Made by a program: the position numbers and the translations under genes | Assembly: GCF_018977255.1 (NCBI RefSeq) | Contig: NW_024704743.1 | Coordinates: forward strand, 81,532,001 to 81,596,000 | Reading direction: 5' to 3' | DNA from: Callorhinchus milii | Lineage: Eukaryota | Length of the DNA stretch: 64,000 nt | Shown here: positions 63,521 to 64,000 of the stretch, in pieces | How the letters are laid out: every line of letters begins with the position of its first letter | Position numbering within the stretch: the stretch's first letter is position 1 | The notes under the pieces: model-generated | The model's database searches: none | What the model was told of the DNA's origin: nothing | Seen by the model: only the letters and a program-made list of their open reading frames with translations

Positions 63521-64000
63521 TTTTCTTTGCAGAGACGACGTCCCGAGCACAGCAGTACATACCTGGACCCATCCGTCCGGATGAACCGCACCTGTAATAA
63601 TAATAACACGCGATGCAGATCGATCCGCACATCAGATCTGCAACTCTTCTGAAGGCTCAGTTGCACCGCAGCTTCATACCTCGGAATAACGAGCCCAGGA
63701 TAGCACTCACTGTTAATGACTGTTGTTAAAGTAGTTCTCTCCCCGATTATATTATAATTCAGAGCTCTATTGCAATGCGACTTAATAAAAACATCTGGAA
63801 ATACTGTAGTGTGTGTGTGTGTGGAGGGGTTGGGGTGGGGGGGGTTGTTTGTATTGAATTGTGTGTGGTGTGTATTGTATGTGTTCGAATTTGTGTGAAT
63901 GTGTGTGTCGTTGTCTGTCCGTATCTGTGCTTTGTGTATTTGTGGGGTTTGTGGGGATGGAGAGGATGAAGGCAGTGAACACGAGAAATCCTTTCCTCCC

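Larger units (their letters stand above)
62520..63700. promoter_or_regulatory. CpG-island-like region over exon 1 and the probable promoter/5' UTR
   Basis: Visibly GC- and CpG-rich (62520-62900, 63255-63700, including (GCC)n near 63265) in an otherwise CpG-poor window. The transcription start cannot be located from sequence. Confidence 0.65.

Noticed and set aside
63296..63652. Plus-strand ORF as a divergent gene
   Set aside because: No recognisable protein similarity and it runs through a (TG)n repeat; a divergent non-coding transcript cannot be excluded.

Overview
Eukaryotic (vertebrate) genomic DNA. The repeat content (L2 and CR1 LINEs, Deu-domain SINEs, a tRNA-Ala-headed SINE with (ATT)n tails) suggests a cartilaginous fish, possibly a holocephalan; this is inference. 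The only host gene I can support is the 5' part of beta-1-syntrophin (SNTB1) on the minus strand. It has three coding exons (62898-62524, 54895-54676, 1775-1550) that join in frame across a 7,628-bp and a 52,900-bp GT-AG intron, and the gene continues past the left edge. Most other ORFs are decayed LINE fragments or microsatellite read-through. There are no prokaryotic features, CRISPR arrays, rRNA or true tRNA genes. The most interesting observation is a phase-0 intron at the start of the PDZ domain, in a region I recall as a single exon in mammalian SNTB1. It is flanked by a TCAAG direct repeat that supplies an AAG acceptor, and it opens with a 2.8-kb (TCAC)n array, so it is a candidate intron gain. 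Other notable items are a 47-bp-arm palindromic insertion with an 11-bp direct repeat, several nested or inverted retroelement stacks, an overlapping uORF, and small minisatellites carrying transcription-factor motifs. I did not find a clearly new multi-gene system.
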